A stretch of 64,000 bases of DNA, taken from positions 32,001 through 96,000 of the forward strand of contig CAVURN010000003.1 in NCBI GenBank assembly GCA_963743915.1, read 5' to 3'. Within the stretch, counting starts at the first letter, position 1. Every line of letters begins with the position of its first letter. This DNA comes from an uncultured Actinomycetota bacterium. GTDB taxonomy: Bacteria > Actinomycetota > Actinomycetes > JAHEKZ01. A program made the translations under genes and the position numbers. Positions 30,800-41,140 of the stretch are shown piece after piece. The notes beneath the pieces are model-generated. The model searched no databases, was not told the origin of the DNA, and saw only the letters and a program-made list of their open reading frames with translations.

Positions 30800-32606
30800 G
30801 TGACCTTGATCGACTGGCGTGACCGGTTCCGCCTGCCCGTCGTCGGCTTCCCCGCGAGCTCCCCTGACGACCCGCATCGCCTGGTCTTCGTCAGCAACGA
30901 AGGGGGCTCCACCCAGATCTGGACGGCCGACACCGCGACCGACGAGCGCCACGCCGTCACGGATCAGCGGGTGGGCGTCGAGGAGTTCGTGCTCGCGCCG
31001 CACGGGGACGCCGTGGCGTGGTGGAGCGACGACAGTGGGGACGGCAACGGCGCGTGGGTGTCGACGCGCCTGCGACGACACCGACACCGCACCGCTGCTC
31101 ACCGGGCTCGGCCCGGGATGGAGCGAGGGACTCGCATGGGCCGGCGACACCGTGGCCATCGCCCTCACCGACGAGTCCACCTACCGCGTCTACGTCGGCG
31201 CACCGGGAGGTGCCGGACGACTGGTCGCTGAGTCGTCGCGACCGATGGGGCTCGGCCGCGAGTGGGAGACCACTCCCGGCGGGCTGTCGACCGACGGTTC
31301 ACTGCTGTGCCTCAGGCACTCTGACGCCGGCGACATGCTGCACTTCGGACTGCGGGTCATCGACCTGTCCACCGACGAGGTGCTCGGCGAGGTCGTCGAC
31401 GAAGGGTTGAACGTCCGCGTCGCGTCGTGGTCCCCGGCACCTGGCGACCAGCGGGTCGCGCTGATCCACGAACGCGACGGGATCGACCGGCCGGCCGTGT
31501 GGCGTCCCACCACCGGAGAGCTCCGCGACTACCCGCTGGACCTCCCGGGTGAGGTGGACGTCGCGGACTGGTACCCGGACGCGTCCGCGCTCCTGCTGAT
31601 CCACTGGCACGAGGGCCGGTGCCAGCTGTACCGGCTGGACCTGTCCACGGGCGGATGCACCCTCGTCCACGATCCTGACGGCTACATCTCCGGGGCGGCG
31701 GTCCGCCCTGACGGCGTGGTCTGGCTGCGCGAGGAGGCCGGGGACCGCGCGCCACGCGTCCGCACGGTCGACGGCGACACGGTGCTGTCCGGTCCCGGCG
31801 AGGCACCGCCAGGGGCGCCACACCGAAGTCTGCGCTTCGTCGGCTCGTCCGGGCAGACGACGCACATGCTCGTGGCGACACCCCCGCACGAGGGACCGCA
31901 TCCGACGGTGATGCTCGTGCACGGCGGTCCCGAGTGGGCCGAACCCGACGCGTACGACCCGTGGACCTCCACCCTCGTCGACCACGGGGTGGCCGTGGCG
32001 AAGGTGAACTACCGGGGATCGACGGGTTTCGGCGTCGCGTGGCGCACGGCCATCCACGACGGCAACATCGGGATCCCCGAGGTGACCGACGTGGTCGACG
32101 GTCTGCGCTACCTCGTCGACATGGGAGTGGCCGATCCCGGGCGCTGCGCCATCGAGGGTTGGTCCTGGGGTGGCTACGTCGCGATGCTGGCGATCGGACT
32201 GCACCCGGACACCTTCGCCGCAGCGATCGGCGGCATCCCGGTGTGCGACTCGGTGATGACCCACGAGGACTGCTCACCGTCGCAGCAGATGTACGACCGC
32301 GCGATCATGGGCGGCACCCCGAACGAGGTGCCCGACCGTTACCGCGAGCGTTCACCGTCGACCTACCTGGACGCCGTGCGCACGCCGGTGCTGCTCATCG
32401 CCGGTGAGCACGACAGTGCCTGCCCGATCCGACAGGTTCGTTGGTACGCCGACGAGCTGACAGCGCGCGGGGGTTCGGTCCGCCTGCACGTGTACGACGC
32501 GGGCCACCATGCCAACACCGTCACCGACAAGATCACCCATGCCGAGCTCGAGCTCGACTTCCTCGCGTCCCACGACCTGCTGCCAGCCCGCGGAAGCACC
32601 ACGTGA
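30800..32606 (+). CDS. S9 prolyl oligopeptidase/acylaminoacyl peptidase (frameshift near 31070)
   Basis: HGGP, NYRGSTGFG, GWSWGG, GEHD, DAGH; N-terminus WRDRFR in another frame. Confidence 0.9.
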
Positions 32607-32612
32607 CATGAG

Positions 32613-32750
32613 GCCGAGTGCCCCTGCGGGACGCACACAGCCGGCCGAGTGTCCCCATGCGAGCTCCTCCGCGGCGTCGAGCGTGCCTTGGCACACTCGA
32701 CCAGCACCGCACTCGGCGGGCCTTGACGTCCACCAGGCACCGCACTCGCG
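32613..32750. repeat. Nested cluster of CGAGTG-family repeats
   Basis: Three forward CGAG(T/C)G units then three CACTCG units; central hairpin GTCGAGCGTGCC-TT-GGCACACTCGAC. Confidence 0.78.
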
Positions 32751-32810
32751 GGCGCTACGTTCACCCGATGTGCGTAGGAACCGTCGGCACACCGAGGGAG
32801 TCCAACCCGC

Positions 32811-33627
32811 ATGAGAACCCATCGCGCACTCGCCCCGGTCCTGCTCCTGACCGCGACCGTCACGCTCGTCGCCTGCGGCGACTCGAGCTCATCGAGCTCC
32901 CCCGACGACTCGTCGCAGCTGGACCTGGTCGGGCTCACCTACGTCGGCGACGACGTCACCGTGGATGGGGCGCCCTCCCCCTTGGTGAAGGGCTCGACGA
33001 TCCGGCTCACCTTCTCCGACGGCAGCATCGGTGCGTCCGCCGGCTGCAACCAGATGGGCGGAGACGCGAGCTGGGACGACGGCGTGCTCAAGGCGCAGGA
33101 GCCTCTTCATGACCGAGATGGGCTGCTCCGAGCCGCTGATGAAGCAGGACACCTGGCTCTCCGACTTCCTGTCGTCCGAGCCGACGCTGACCCAGGACGC
33201 CGACACCTTGACCCTCACCAGTGACGGAACCGTCATCACCCTGACCGACGAGGAGGTCGCCGTGCCCGACGTCGCACTCACCGGCACGAAGTGGCAGCTC
33301 GACACGATCATCACCGGCGACACCGCCGGCAGCGTCCCGGCCGGGGTCGTGTCGACCCTGCTTCTCGGGGAGGACGGACGCGCCCAGGTGCGTCCGGGCT
33401 GCAACACGGGGAACGGTGCCTTCACCGTGGAGGGTTCGGTCATCACCTTCGACCCCATCGCCACGACCATGATGGCTTGCCCCGATCCCGCCATGCAGGT
33501 CGAGGGGACCGTCCTCGCAGTCCTCAACGGCGATGTCGACTTCTCGGTCGACGGCACGACCCTGACCCTCACGCCACCGCAGGCCACGGCCGACGGCACG
33601 ACGTCGCTGATCTACCGAGCGCGCTGA
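32811..33627 (+). CDS. Lipoprotein with two META domains (frameshift near 33099)
   Basis: Lipobox LVAC; AGCN...TEMGC and PGCN...TTMMAC; LTGTKWQL. Confidence 0.88.
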
Positions 33628-33676
33628 GGGACCTTCGACCGTCGTCCCCGGCTCATGGGCGCCGTTGACTGGTCCC

Positions 33677-34342
33677 ATGAGAACCCGCGGTCCACTGATC
33701 GGTGCGGCGCTGGCCACCGGCGCCGTCATTGCGGCTGACCGCTCCCTGCGCCGTCGCTACGAGACGTGGGGTGCGACGCTCGACGACGTCCGCCGCGCCA
33801 TGCCAGGCGATGACATCGTCCCGGACCCGGTGCGGGTCAGCACGCGGTCGGTCGCCATCCACGCCCCACCGGACCAGGTCTGGTCGTGGCTCGTCCAGAT
33901 CGGTCACGGTCGCGGCGGTCTCTACAGCTACGACTGGCTCGAGAACGTCATCGGCTGCGACCTGCACAGCGCCGACACGATCCTGGCCGAGCACCAGCAG
34001 CTCGCCCCCGGTGACCTCGTCCGGATGGGGCCGGAGGGCTACCCCTGCTTCGTCGTCGTGGAGGTGGACGCCGGCCGCCACCTGGTGCTGCAGAGCGCCG
34101 ATCCCGCCACCGGACGCCCCACGTCCGACCTCTCGACCAACGCGAGCTGGCAGTGGCTGCTCGAACCACACCGAGGTGCCACCCGGCTGGTCAGTCGACA
34201 GCGCCTCGCCTACCCGCGGATGCTGGCTCCGTTGTGGGCAGCGTTGCAGCCGGTCACCTTCGCCATGGAGCGCAAGATGCTGCTGGGCATCAAGACGCGC
34301 GCCGAGGCGATGGCTCAGGCGGGGACGATCTCGCAGTTGTAG
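33677..34342 (+). CDS. SRPBCC-like protein
   Basis: WGAT...MPGD, TRSVAIHAPPDQVWSWLVQIG, GLYSYDWLEN, MERKMLLGIK. Confidence 0.82.
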   Translation: MRTRGPLIGAALATGAVIAADRSLRRRYETWGATLDDVRRAMPGDDIVPDPVRVSTRSVAIHAPPDQVWSWLVQIGHGRGGLYSYDWLENVIGCDLHSADTILAEHQQLAPGDLVRMGPEGYPCFVVVEVDAGRHLVLQSADPATGRPTSDLSTNASWQWLLEPHRGATRLVSRQRLAYPRMLAPLWAALQPVTFAMERKMLLGIKTRAEAMAQAGTISQL

Positions 34343-35985
34343 TAGGTGTCGAACACATCGGCCGACGCGAGCCAGTCGGAGACTCCGGAGCCACAGTCGA
34401 TGTAGTCCTCGCCCTGGTCCTCGGCCTCGACCATGTCGTCACCGCCGCCGGCGTAGAACTCGTCCTGACCCTCGCCGCCGTTGAGCGTGTCGTTGCCGTC
34501 GTTGCCGTACAGGTCGTCGGCCCCACCACGGCCACTGAGGTCGTCGGCCCCGGCACCACTTCCACCGGAGATGTAGTTGGCGGCGTTGGTGCCGACGATG
34601 AGGTCCGAGCCGGTCCCGCCCACGAAGAACTCGAAGTCGGCTCTGACGTCGTCGTTCTCGCCAGGTTCGCCGTCGTTGCCGGGGTCGGTGACGTCGATCG
34701 TCACACCGTTGCTGCGTTGGTCGTAGTACATCCGGTCGTACCCGGCGCCGCCGCTGAAGACGTCGCGCCCGTCGTTGGACGAGCCGGCGTAGAGCGTGTC
34801 GTTCCCAGCGTCGCCGAAGTACCTGTCCAGGCCGGACTCGTTGCCGAACCACTCGTCCCCCGGGCCCCCGTACAGCGAGTCGTTGCCGAGGTCACCGTCG
34901 AGTGAGTCCTCCGCATCAAGACCGCGCAGGACGTCGTTCCCGTCGTTGCCGTTGAGGTCGTTGTACACCGAGCTGCCGACCAGCGTGTCGTTCCCGGACC
35001 CTCCGGCCACGTGCTCGACGCTTGGGCGCACGTTGTCGCGCTCTCGCTTGCCACCGTCGTCCGCGCGGTCGTTGAGGCTGACCTTCACGTTGCTGGAGCG
35101 GTCGTCGTAGTAGGCGCGGTCCGATCCGGGACCGCCGTCGAGAAGGTCGGCGCCGTCCTTGCTGTCCATGGCCGAGAAGGCGTCGTCACCTGCGCCGGCA
35201 CGCATGGTGTCGCGGTCCTCGTGGCCGACCAGCCAGTCGTCGCCGTCGCCGCCGAGCAGTCTGTCGTCGCCGAGGTATCCGTACAGGTCGTCGTCGCCGC
35301 CGTTGCCCACCAGCAGGTCGCCCCGCCCTGGCTCCCCGTTGTCGTCCCCCCACAGGTCGTCGTCGCCGGGACCGCCGTAGAGCCGGTCAGCGCCCTCACC
35401 GCCCGAGATCTGCACCGAAGGGGCACCGCGCCCGTTGAGGGTGTCGTTGCCGGCACCACCCTGCAGGTACCAGCGGTCGAGGCCCCTGGCCACGAGATCG
35501 ACGTCGGCGTCGCCGTTGAGATTCGCCTGGCCGGACTTCGGGAAGCCGAGGAAGTCGTCCCGGTCGCCACCCACCAGCCACAGGGAGTCGGTGCCGTCAC
35601 CCAGGTTCATCTCGAACTCGATCTCGGCAGCACCGGACTTCTCGTTGCTGGCACCGGGCGTGAACGGCCCGTTCTCGAGGGACAGGTAGATCTCCTCGGA
35701 GAGGGTCGAACCGTTGACCTTCACCTTGTTGGTGTTCGTGGTGCGCGCCACCTCGCAGCGCTTCCATCCTTCACCCTCGACCTCGTAGCCGATCCGCGTG
35801 GAGTTGAACTCGCGCTCGATCACCAGCCACCCGGTGGACTCGGTGTTGGCGATCGTCAAGGTCACCAGCTTCTTCGCCTTGGTGTACTGGCAGTCGACGG
35901 GCTTGGCCTCGGCAGCAGGCCCGATCGCGATGATCGATGCAGCAGCGACTGCCAGGACGGCCGACACTCGGGACACAGCACGCAT
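34315..35985 (-). CDS. Secreted calcium-binding protein with hemolysin-type repeats
   Basis: Sec-type signal ...AEA/KP; many GGxGxDxL nonapeptides; AAGGAG RBS. Confidence 0.9.
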   Translation of the reverse strand: MRAVSRVSAVLAVAAASIIAIGPAAEAKPVDCQYTKAKKLVTLTIANTESTGWLVIEREFNSTRIGYEVEGEGWKRCEVARTTNTNKVKVNGSTLSEEIYLSLENGPFTPGASNEKSGAAEIEFEMNLGDGTDSLWLVGGDRDDFLGFPKSGQANLNGDADVDLVARGLDRWYLQGGAGNDTLNGRGAPSVQISGGEGADRLYGGPGDDDLWGDDNGEPGRGDLLVGNGGDDDLYGYLGDDRLLGGDGDDWLVGHEDRDTMRAGAGDDAFSAMDSKDGADLLDGGPGSDRAYYDDRSSNVKVSLNDRADDGGKRERDNVRPSVEHVAGGSGNDTLVGSSVYNDLNGNDGNDVLRGLDAEDSLDGDLGNDSLYGGPGDEWFGNESGLDRYFGDAGNDTLYAGSSNDGRDVFSGGAGYDRMYYDQRSNGVTIDVTDPGNDGEPGENDDVRADFEFFVGGTGSDLIVGTNAANYISGGSGAGADDLSGRGGADDLYGNDGNDTLNGGEGQDEFYAGGGDDMVEAEDQGEDYIDCGSGVSDWLASADVFDTYYNCEIVPA

Positions 35986-36098
35986 GGGGGGCTCCTTGAC
36001 CGAAGGTTCGGCCCAGCGTGGCAAAGGCGAGCGACGAGCTCAACGAGGCTCACCGGTATGACGTACACCGATCGAGTGGTGCCGTCACTCTTGAGGGG

Positions 36099-36260
36099 CC
36101 GATCGGTGGACCCGTGACCGGCGCGGGCCGATGCGTCAGGCGTCCAACCCCGGTGATCGGAGCGTTTCGGTCATCTCACGGGCTCACGACTCGGCTCATA
36201 ACTGACGAATCTGCTCCGATCACCGATCGGTGGACCCGTGGGCGATGCTTCAGGCGTCCA
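36099..36260. repeat. 75-bp hairpin flanked by duplication of the mttB 3' end
   Basis: IR CGGTGATCGGAGC (36151) / GCTCCGATCACCG (36213); DR CCGATCGGTGGACCCGTG at 36099 and 36223; CGATGC.TCAGGCGTCCA after each. Confidence 0.75.
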
Positions 36261-37713
36261 GCTCCGCAGCGCGGCGGTCCACGAAGGCGCGCAGCTCGGC
36301 GTCCACCGCATCGTCGATGCCGGGGTCCTCGTACGACTCGAGCAGCTGCTTCCACTGTGCGGTGGCCACGCTGGCCACGCTGGGAGAGCCCAGCTTGACC
36401 CAGGTGGGATACGCCTGGGACCGGAAGAGCGGGCTCATGAACGACTCGGTGCGGAAGTGCTCCAGCGTGTGCTCGTGAGCGAGGAAGAGCCCGCCCGGGC
36501 CCAGCTCGGCGATGACGTCGTACGCCAGCTGCTGCTCGTCCACGACGACTCCCTGGCGGATGCGCTCGAACATCGCGAGCACCTCGAGGTCGAGGGCCAG
36601 CTTCTCGTACGACGCCACCAGGCCACCCTCGAGCCAGCCCGCTGCGTGCACCACCAGATCGCACTCCGCCAGGTAGGTCGCCCAGAGCGACATGGTGCTC
36701 TCGGTCGCGGTCTGCGCGTCGAGCGCGAGTCCCGAGCACAGGCCCCCGCCACCACGCAGCGGCAGACCGTACCGGCGGGCGAGCTGCCCCCCGGCCATCG
36801 TGGCGAGCGTCGACTCCGGCAGCCCGAGCGACGGGCCGCCCGAGCGCATGTCCACGCCGTTGAGGAACGTCCCGAGGATGCACGGCGCCCCCGGCCGGAC
36901 GAGCTGGGCCATCGCCACACCCGTGAGCGTCTCGGCGACGAGCAGCGAGAGCCCACCGGCGAGCGTCACCGGCGCGGACGCCCCCGCCAGCAGGAAGGGG
37001 GTGATCGCCACCGGCTGACCGAGCTCGGCGAGCGCCATGAGCTCCTCGACCATCAGCGTGTCCCACACCAGCGGACTGTTGGGGTTGACGATGCCGATCA
37101 CGGCCGGCTGGCGTACGAGTGCCTCTTCACCGCCGGCGGCGATGGCCGCCAGGGCCAGGCCGTCACGCGTCCGGGGGCCCGTGGCGCCGTAGAGGATGAA
37201 CGGCCGTCCGCTCCAGCGCAGGATCGCGTAGTCCATCTCCAGGTGACGGCTGAGGTCTGACAGGTCCTGCGCCTCGGTCGTCCCGCTCTGCAGCACCGGC
37301 AGCACGTCGGACGCGTGCGCCATCTTCACCAGCTCGACGTACGAGGCGATGTCGCCGTCCCGCCGCCCCCGTTCGTCATCCGACACGAAGGGTGATCCCC
37401 CGGTCGGGGTGTGCACCAGGCTGCCGCCGCCGATCGTCACCGAGTGCCGTGGGTCGCGACCCTGCAGCGTGAACTGCGCCGGCGCCTGCGCCAGCTGCTC
37501 CATCACGAATCCGGCGTCCCAGCGGACGCGCGTCCCCTCGACCCGCTGCCCCGCCTCTTCGAGCATGCGCAGCATCGTGTCGCTGTGCACCTCGGTGCCG
37601 ATGTCCTCCAGGATCCGCATCGCCTGCGCATGGATGGCGTCGAGGTCGTCCTCGCTCAGCGGGTGACGGCTGAAGACCTCGGGTCGGAGACCTTGCTCGG
37701 GTGGGGGCGCCAT
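36250..37713 (-). CDS. Trimethylamine methyltransferase (MttB) superfamily protein, non-pyrrolysine
   Basis: IHAQAMRILEDIG, NPNSPLVWD, GASAPVT, DMRSG, DAQTATES, HAAGWLEGGL, GPGGLF...HT; no in-frame TAG. Confidence 0.92.
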   Translation of the reverse strand: MAPPPEQGLRPEVFSRHPLSEDDLDAIHAQAMRILEDIGTEVHSDTMLRMLEEAGQRVEGTRVRWDAGFVMEQLAQAPAQFTLQGRDPRHSVTIGGGSLVHTPTGGSPFVSDDERGRRDGDIASYVELVKMAHASDVLPVLQSGTTEAQDLSDLSRHLEMDYAILRWSGRPFILYGATGPRTRDGLALAAIAAGGEEALVRQPAVIGIVNPNSPLVWDTLMVEELMALAELGQPVAITPFLLAGASAPVTLAGGLSLLVAETLTGVAMAQLVRPGAPCILGTFLNGVDMRSGGPSLGLPESTLATMAGGQLARRYGLPLRGGGGLCSGLALDAQTATESTMSLWATYLAECDLVVHAAGWLEGGLVASYEKLALDLEVLAMFERIRQGVVVDEQQLAYDVIAELGPGGLFLAHEHTLEHFRTESFMSPLFRSQAYPTWVKLGSPSVASVATAQWKQLLESYEDPGIDDAVDAELRAFVDRRAAELDA

Positions 37714-37877
37714 GGTCCTGTCCTGTCGTCGAATCCCCACATCATGTGCGAGGTGCCGGGTCAGCAGCGTGACGGCCACCAAATGGAACGCGACGTTCAG
37801 CGGTCGGTGCTCGGCCGCAGCTCCGTCCGGTCGGCGACGTCCCGGTTAGGCTGACGGCGAGTCGAGGAGGCAGGCAC

Positions 37878-38981
37878 GTGGCACGTGGGGCGGGACGCGT
37901 CTACCTGCACGTGGGGCTGCCAAAGACGGGGACGACCTTTCTGCAGGGCGTGCTCTGGGCCAGCCGCAAGGCCCTGAGCGATCAGGGAGTTCTGTACCCG
38001 GGTCCCGCGTCCGCCCACTTCTGGGCGGCGCAGGACCTCACCGAGCACCTCTTCATGGGACGGGAGAACCGCAAGGTCCCCGGCGCATGGGCGAAGCTGT
38101 CCCGCCAGGCGCGACGTTGGTCGGGCAGCGCGGTGCTGTCCCACGAGCTGTTCACCCTCGCCACCGGTGCGCACATGCGACGGGCTGCGGCGGACCTCGA
38201 GCCGGCCGAGCTGCACATCGTCCTCACCGTCCGCGACTTCGAACGGCAGCTGCCTGCCGTGTGGCAGGAGCGCCTCAAGAACGGTGGTCGGGTCAGCTTC
38301 GCGCGTCACTTCGCCCAGACCCTCGAGAAGGACGCCTCCCGCTCCAGCGAGCCGAGCGGCTTCTGGCGTCAGCAGGACGCCGTCCGGATCCTGACGCAGT
38401 GGGCCGAAGTCGTCCCCCGCGACCGCATCCACGTGATCACCATCCCGCAGCCGGGGGCGCCGCGGGACACGCTGTGGCGTCGGTTCGCCGAGGTCGTGGG
38501 GTTCGACGCGGGTCTTGTCGACCTCGAGTCCGTGCAACCGAGAGGCAACGTCTCGCTGCGGCCCCCGCAGGCGCGTCTGCTGCGACGGATCAACACCGAG
38601 CTGCAGGGTGAGCTCAGCCCCTCCGTCTACCGCTCGGTCGTCAAGCGCTACCTGTCCGAGTCGGTCACTGGTCCGGGTCGCTCTTCGACGGCCTACGGCT
38701 TCAGCCCGGAGCAGCGCACCGACGCCCGCAGATGGTCCGACGAGCTGCGAGCGCTGGTGGAGACCGGTGGGTTCGACGTCGTGGGCAGTCCCTCCGAGCT
38801 GATCTCCTCCGACACGCCTGACAGTGGTCGGCGCGACCTGGACGACGTCCCCCCTGACGCCGAGGCCGAGGCAGCGGTGGCAGCAGCAGCAGCGCTGGTG
38901 CGGTGGCTGGCGGATCCGCCGCGGACTGCGGACAGGAAGCCGCTGCGGGCGCTCGCCGGTCAGCTGCGGGCTCGCGGATAA
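37878..38981 (+). CDS. Sulfotransferase-fold protein, paralog 1
   Basis: LHVGLPKTGTTFLQ, SHE, RDFERQLPAVWQE, FW, NVSL, LLRRIN. Confidence 0.78.
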   Translation: MARGAGRVYLHVGLPKTGTTFLQGVLWASRKALSDQGVLYPGPASAHFWAAQDLTEHLFMGRENRKVPGAWAKLSRQARRWSGSAVLSHELFTLATGAHMRRAAADLEPAELHIVLTVRDFERQLPAVWQERLKNGGRVSFARHFAQTLEKDASRSSEPSGFWRQQDAVRILTQWAEVVPRDRIHVITIPQPGAPRDTLWRRFAEVVGFDAGLVDLESVQPRGNVSLRPPQARLLRRINTELQGELSPSVYRSVVKRYLSESVTGPGRSSTAYGFSPEQRTDARRWSDELRALVETGGFDVVGSPSELISSDTPDSGRRDLDDVPPDAEAEAAVAAAAALVRWLADPPRTADRKPLRALAGQLRARG

Positions 38982-38990
38982 GGTTGCGGG

Positions 38991-40043
38991 GTGCCGTCCT
39001 CGCGTTCCGTCGTCCTGCACATCGGTCTGCCCAAGACCGGTACCACGTACCTGCAGCGGGTCCTCCACGCGAACCGTCCGACTCTGCGGGCGCAGGGGCT
39101 GCTGTACCCGGGCAGCCGTCCCGACCACTTCCTGCCCGCCCAGGACGTGCTCGAGCGGCCCTTTCGCGGCCACGAGGACGAGCGGGCCGCAGGCACCTGG
39201 CAGGAGACCGTCCGCGAGGTCGCCGATTGGCCCGGCACGGCCCTCATCTCCCACGAGACGTTCACGGTGGCGAGCGCCGAGCAGGTGCAGACGATCATCG
39301 CCGCCTTCGCCGACCGTCCCGTGGAGGTCGTCGTCACCGCCCGTGATCTCGGGCGTCAGCTCACCGCCAACTGGCAGGAGACGATCAAGAACGGCCGGAG
39401 CCTCTCGCTGTCCGAGTACGTCACCCGCGCCCGCGCCCGTGCCGATGACGACGACCCCGGCTCCGGTTTCTGGTTCTGGCAGGACCTCGTCGGCGTGCTC
39501 AGGCGCTGGCAGCAGGCCGTCCCCGCCGATCGCCTGCACCTGGTGACGGTGCCTCCGCGGGGTACCGGACCTGGACAGCTGTGGCACCGCTTCGCCGAGG
39601 TGCTCCGGGTCGACCTGACGCCTGACCAGGTGGCCGACAGCTCGGCCAACGCCTCGCTCGGCATGGTCGAGACCGAGTTCCTGCGACGACTCAACACCGA
39701 GCTCGCCGACACCGTGGAGTGGCCCGCCTACCGGGCGTACGTCAAGCAGTTCCTCGCCCAGCGGGTGCTGCCTCGCTCCGAGCAGTCCGGCCCCATCGTG
39801 CTGTCGCCCGATGACCAGGCATGGGCCGCTGCACGCTCCCGCGAGATCGTCCAGACCCTTGCCGCCATGCCCGTGAGCCTGCACGGTGACCTCGCCGATC
39901 TCGAGTCACCGGGCGCATCGGTCGACGGCGTCGAGGTCAGCGATGAAGCCGTCGTGGAGGTGGGCGTCCGCGCCATCACCGCGCTGCTGCGACGGATCGG
40001 CCGCGATCAGGATGCTCCGATCGGCACCGGGAGGGCCTCATGA
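38991..40043 (+). CDS. Sulfotransferase-fold protein, paralog 2
   Basis: LHIGLPKTGTTYLQ, SHE, RDLGRQLTANWQE, NASLG, GDLADL. Confidence 0.78.
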   Translation: MPSSRSVVLHIGLPKTGTTYLQRVLHANRPTLRAQGLLYPGSRPDHFLPAQDVLERPFRGHEDERAAGTWQETVREVADWPGTALISHETFTVASAEQVQTIIAAFADRPVEVVVTARDLGRQLTANWQETIKNGRSLSLSEYVTRARARADDDDPGSGFWFWQDLVGVLRRWQQAVPADRLHLVTVPPRGTGPGQLWHRFAEVLRVDLTPDQVADSSANASLGMVETEFLRRLNTELADTVEWPAYRAYVKQFLAQRVLPRSEQSGPIVLSPDDQAWAAARSREIVQTLAAMPVSLHGDLADLESPGASVDGVEVSDEAVVEVGVRAITALLRRIGRDQDAPIGTGRAS

Positions 40044-41140
40044 CCGCCCCAGCCGTCTGCCTGCACATCGGCGCCATGAAGACGGGCACCACGTACGTCC
40101 AGCGCATGCTCGGCAACAACCACGACGAGCTCGCGCGTCAGGGCATCGCCTACCCGATGCCCTGGTCGGACCAGGTCGAGGCCGTGCGCGACGTCCTCAA
40201 GATGAAGGGTGGCAGCCACCTCGGGTCGATCGAGGGCCATTGGAAGCTCATGGCCGAGCGGCTGCACCAGTGGTCCGGGCCACGCGCGATCCTGTCGGTG
40301 GAGTTCATCTCGTTCGCCGACCCACCGCAGATCCGCACCATCGTCGACGACCTCTCCCCCAGCGACGTCACCGTCGTGCTGGGGGCACGCGACCTCGCCC
40401 GCGTGCTGCCCGCGCAGTGGCAGACCGCCGTCCGCAACGGACGGAGCACGACCTACCGCGAGTACCTCAAGGGGCTGACGGCGAAGCGGCCCACGAGGGT
40501 CAAGGGGCACTTCTGGAAGCGCCAGGACATCGGGCGCATCGCCGCCGACTGGGCCAAGGTCGTGGGACGCGAGAACGTCACGGTCGTCACGGTCCCTCCG
40601 CGTGGCACCGACCCCGGAGAGCTGTGGCGACGCTTCGCGTCCGCCATGCAGATCGACGTCACGCACCTGAACGACAAGACCCCGAGCAACGAGTCCCTGG
40701 GCCCGACGGGCACCGAGCTGCTGCGCAGGATCAACGAGCAGGCGGACGCCACCGACATGAGCACATGGACCTACCAGCACGGCATCAACCGCGCCCTCTC
40801 CCACCAGGTGCTTCCCGACATCCCCGATCCGCACCCGAGCCTCCGGGTTCCGGACGAGTACCACGACTGGGTGCGACAGGAGTCCGCACGGGTGCTCCGC
40901 GAGCTCGAAGCCGCTGACGTCCGGGTGGTCGGTGACCTCGCCGACCTGCAGCCGCAGCTCAGCCTCGGTGCTCCGTTCGTGTGGCCGGAGGAGCTGCCCG
41001 AGTCGGACCTGCTGGCGTTCGCCGTCGCAGCGCTGACGGCCTTCGGCGGTGACGTTGCCGAACGCAAGCGCAAGGACCTCACGTCCGGGGGGCGCAAGCA
41101 GCAGCGTGCGGGGCGACAGCAGTCCGAGCGGGACGCATGA
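40040..41140 (+). CDS. Sulfotransferase-fold protein, paralog 3
   Basis: LHIGAMKTGTTYVQ, SVE, RDLARVLPAQWQ, NESLG, VVGDLADL; ATGA coupling. Confidence 0.78.
   Translation: MTAPAVCLHIGAMKTGTTYVQRMLGNNHDELARQGIAYPMPWSDQVEAVRDVLKMKGGSHLGSIEGHWKLMAERLHQWSGPRAILSVEFISFADPPQIRTIVDDLSPSDVTVVLGARDLARVLPAQWQTAVRNGRSTTYREYLKGLTAKRPTRVKGHFWKRQDIGRIAADWAKVVGRENVTVVTVPPRGTDPGELWRRFASAMQIDVTHLNDKTPSNESLGPTGTELLRRINEQADATDMSTWTYQHGINRALSHQVLPDIPDPHPSLRVPDEYHDWVRQESARVLRELEAADVRVVGDLADLQPQLSLGAPFVWPEELPESDLLAFAVAALTAFGGDVAERKRKDLTSGGRKQQRAGRQQSERDA

Noticed and set aside
36250-37713. Pyrrolysine recoding in MttB
   Set aside because: No in-frame TAG and no pyl genes
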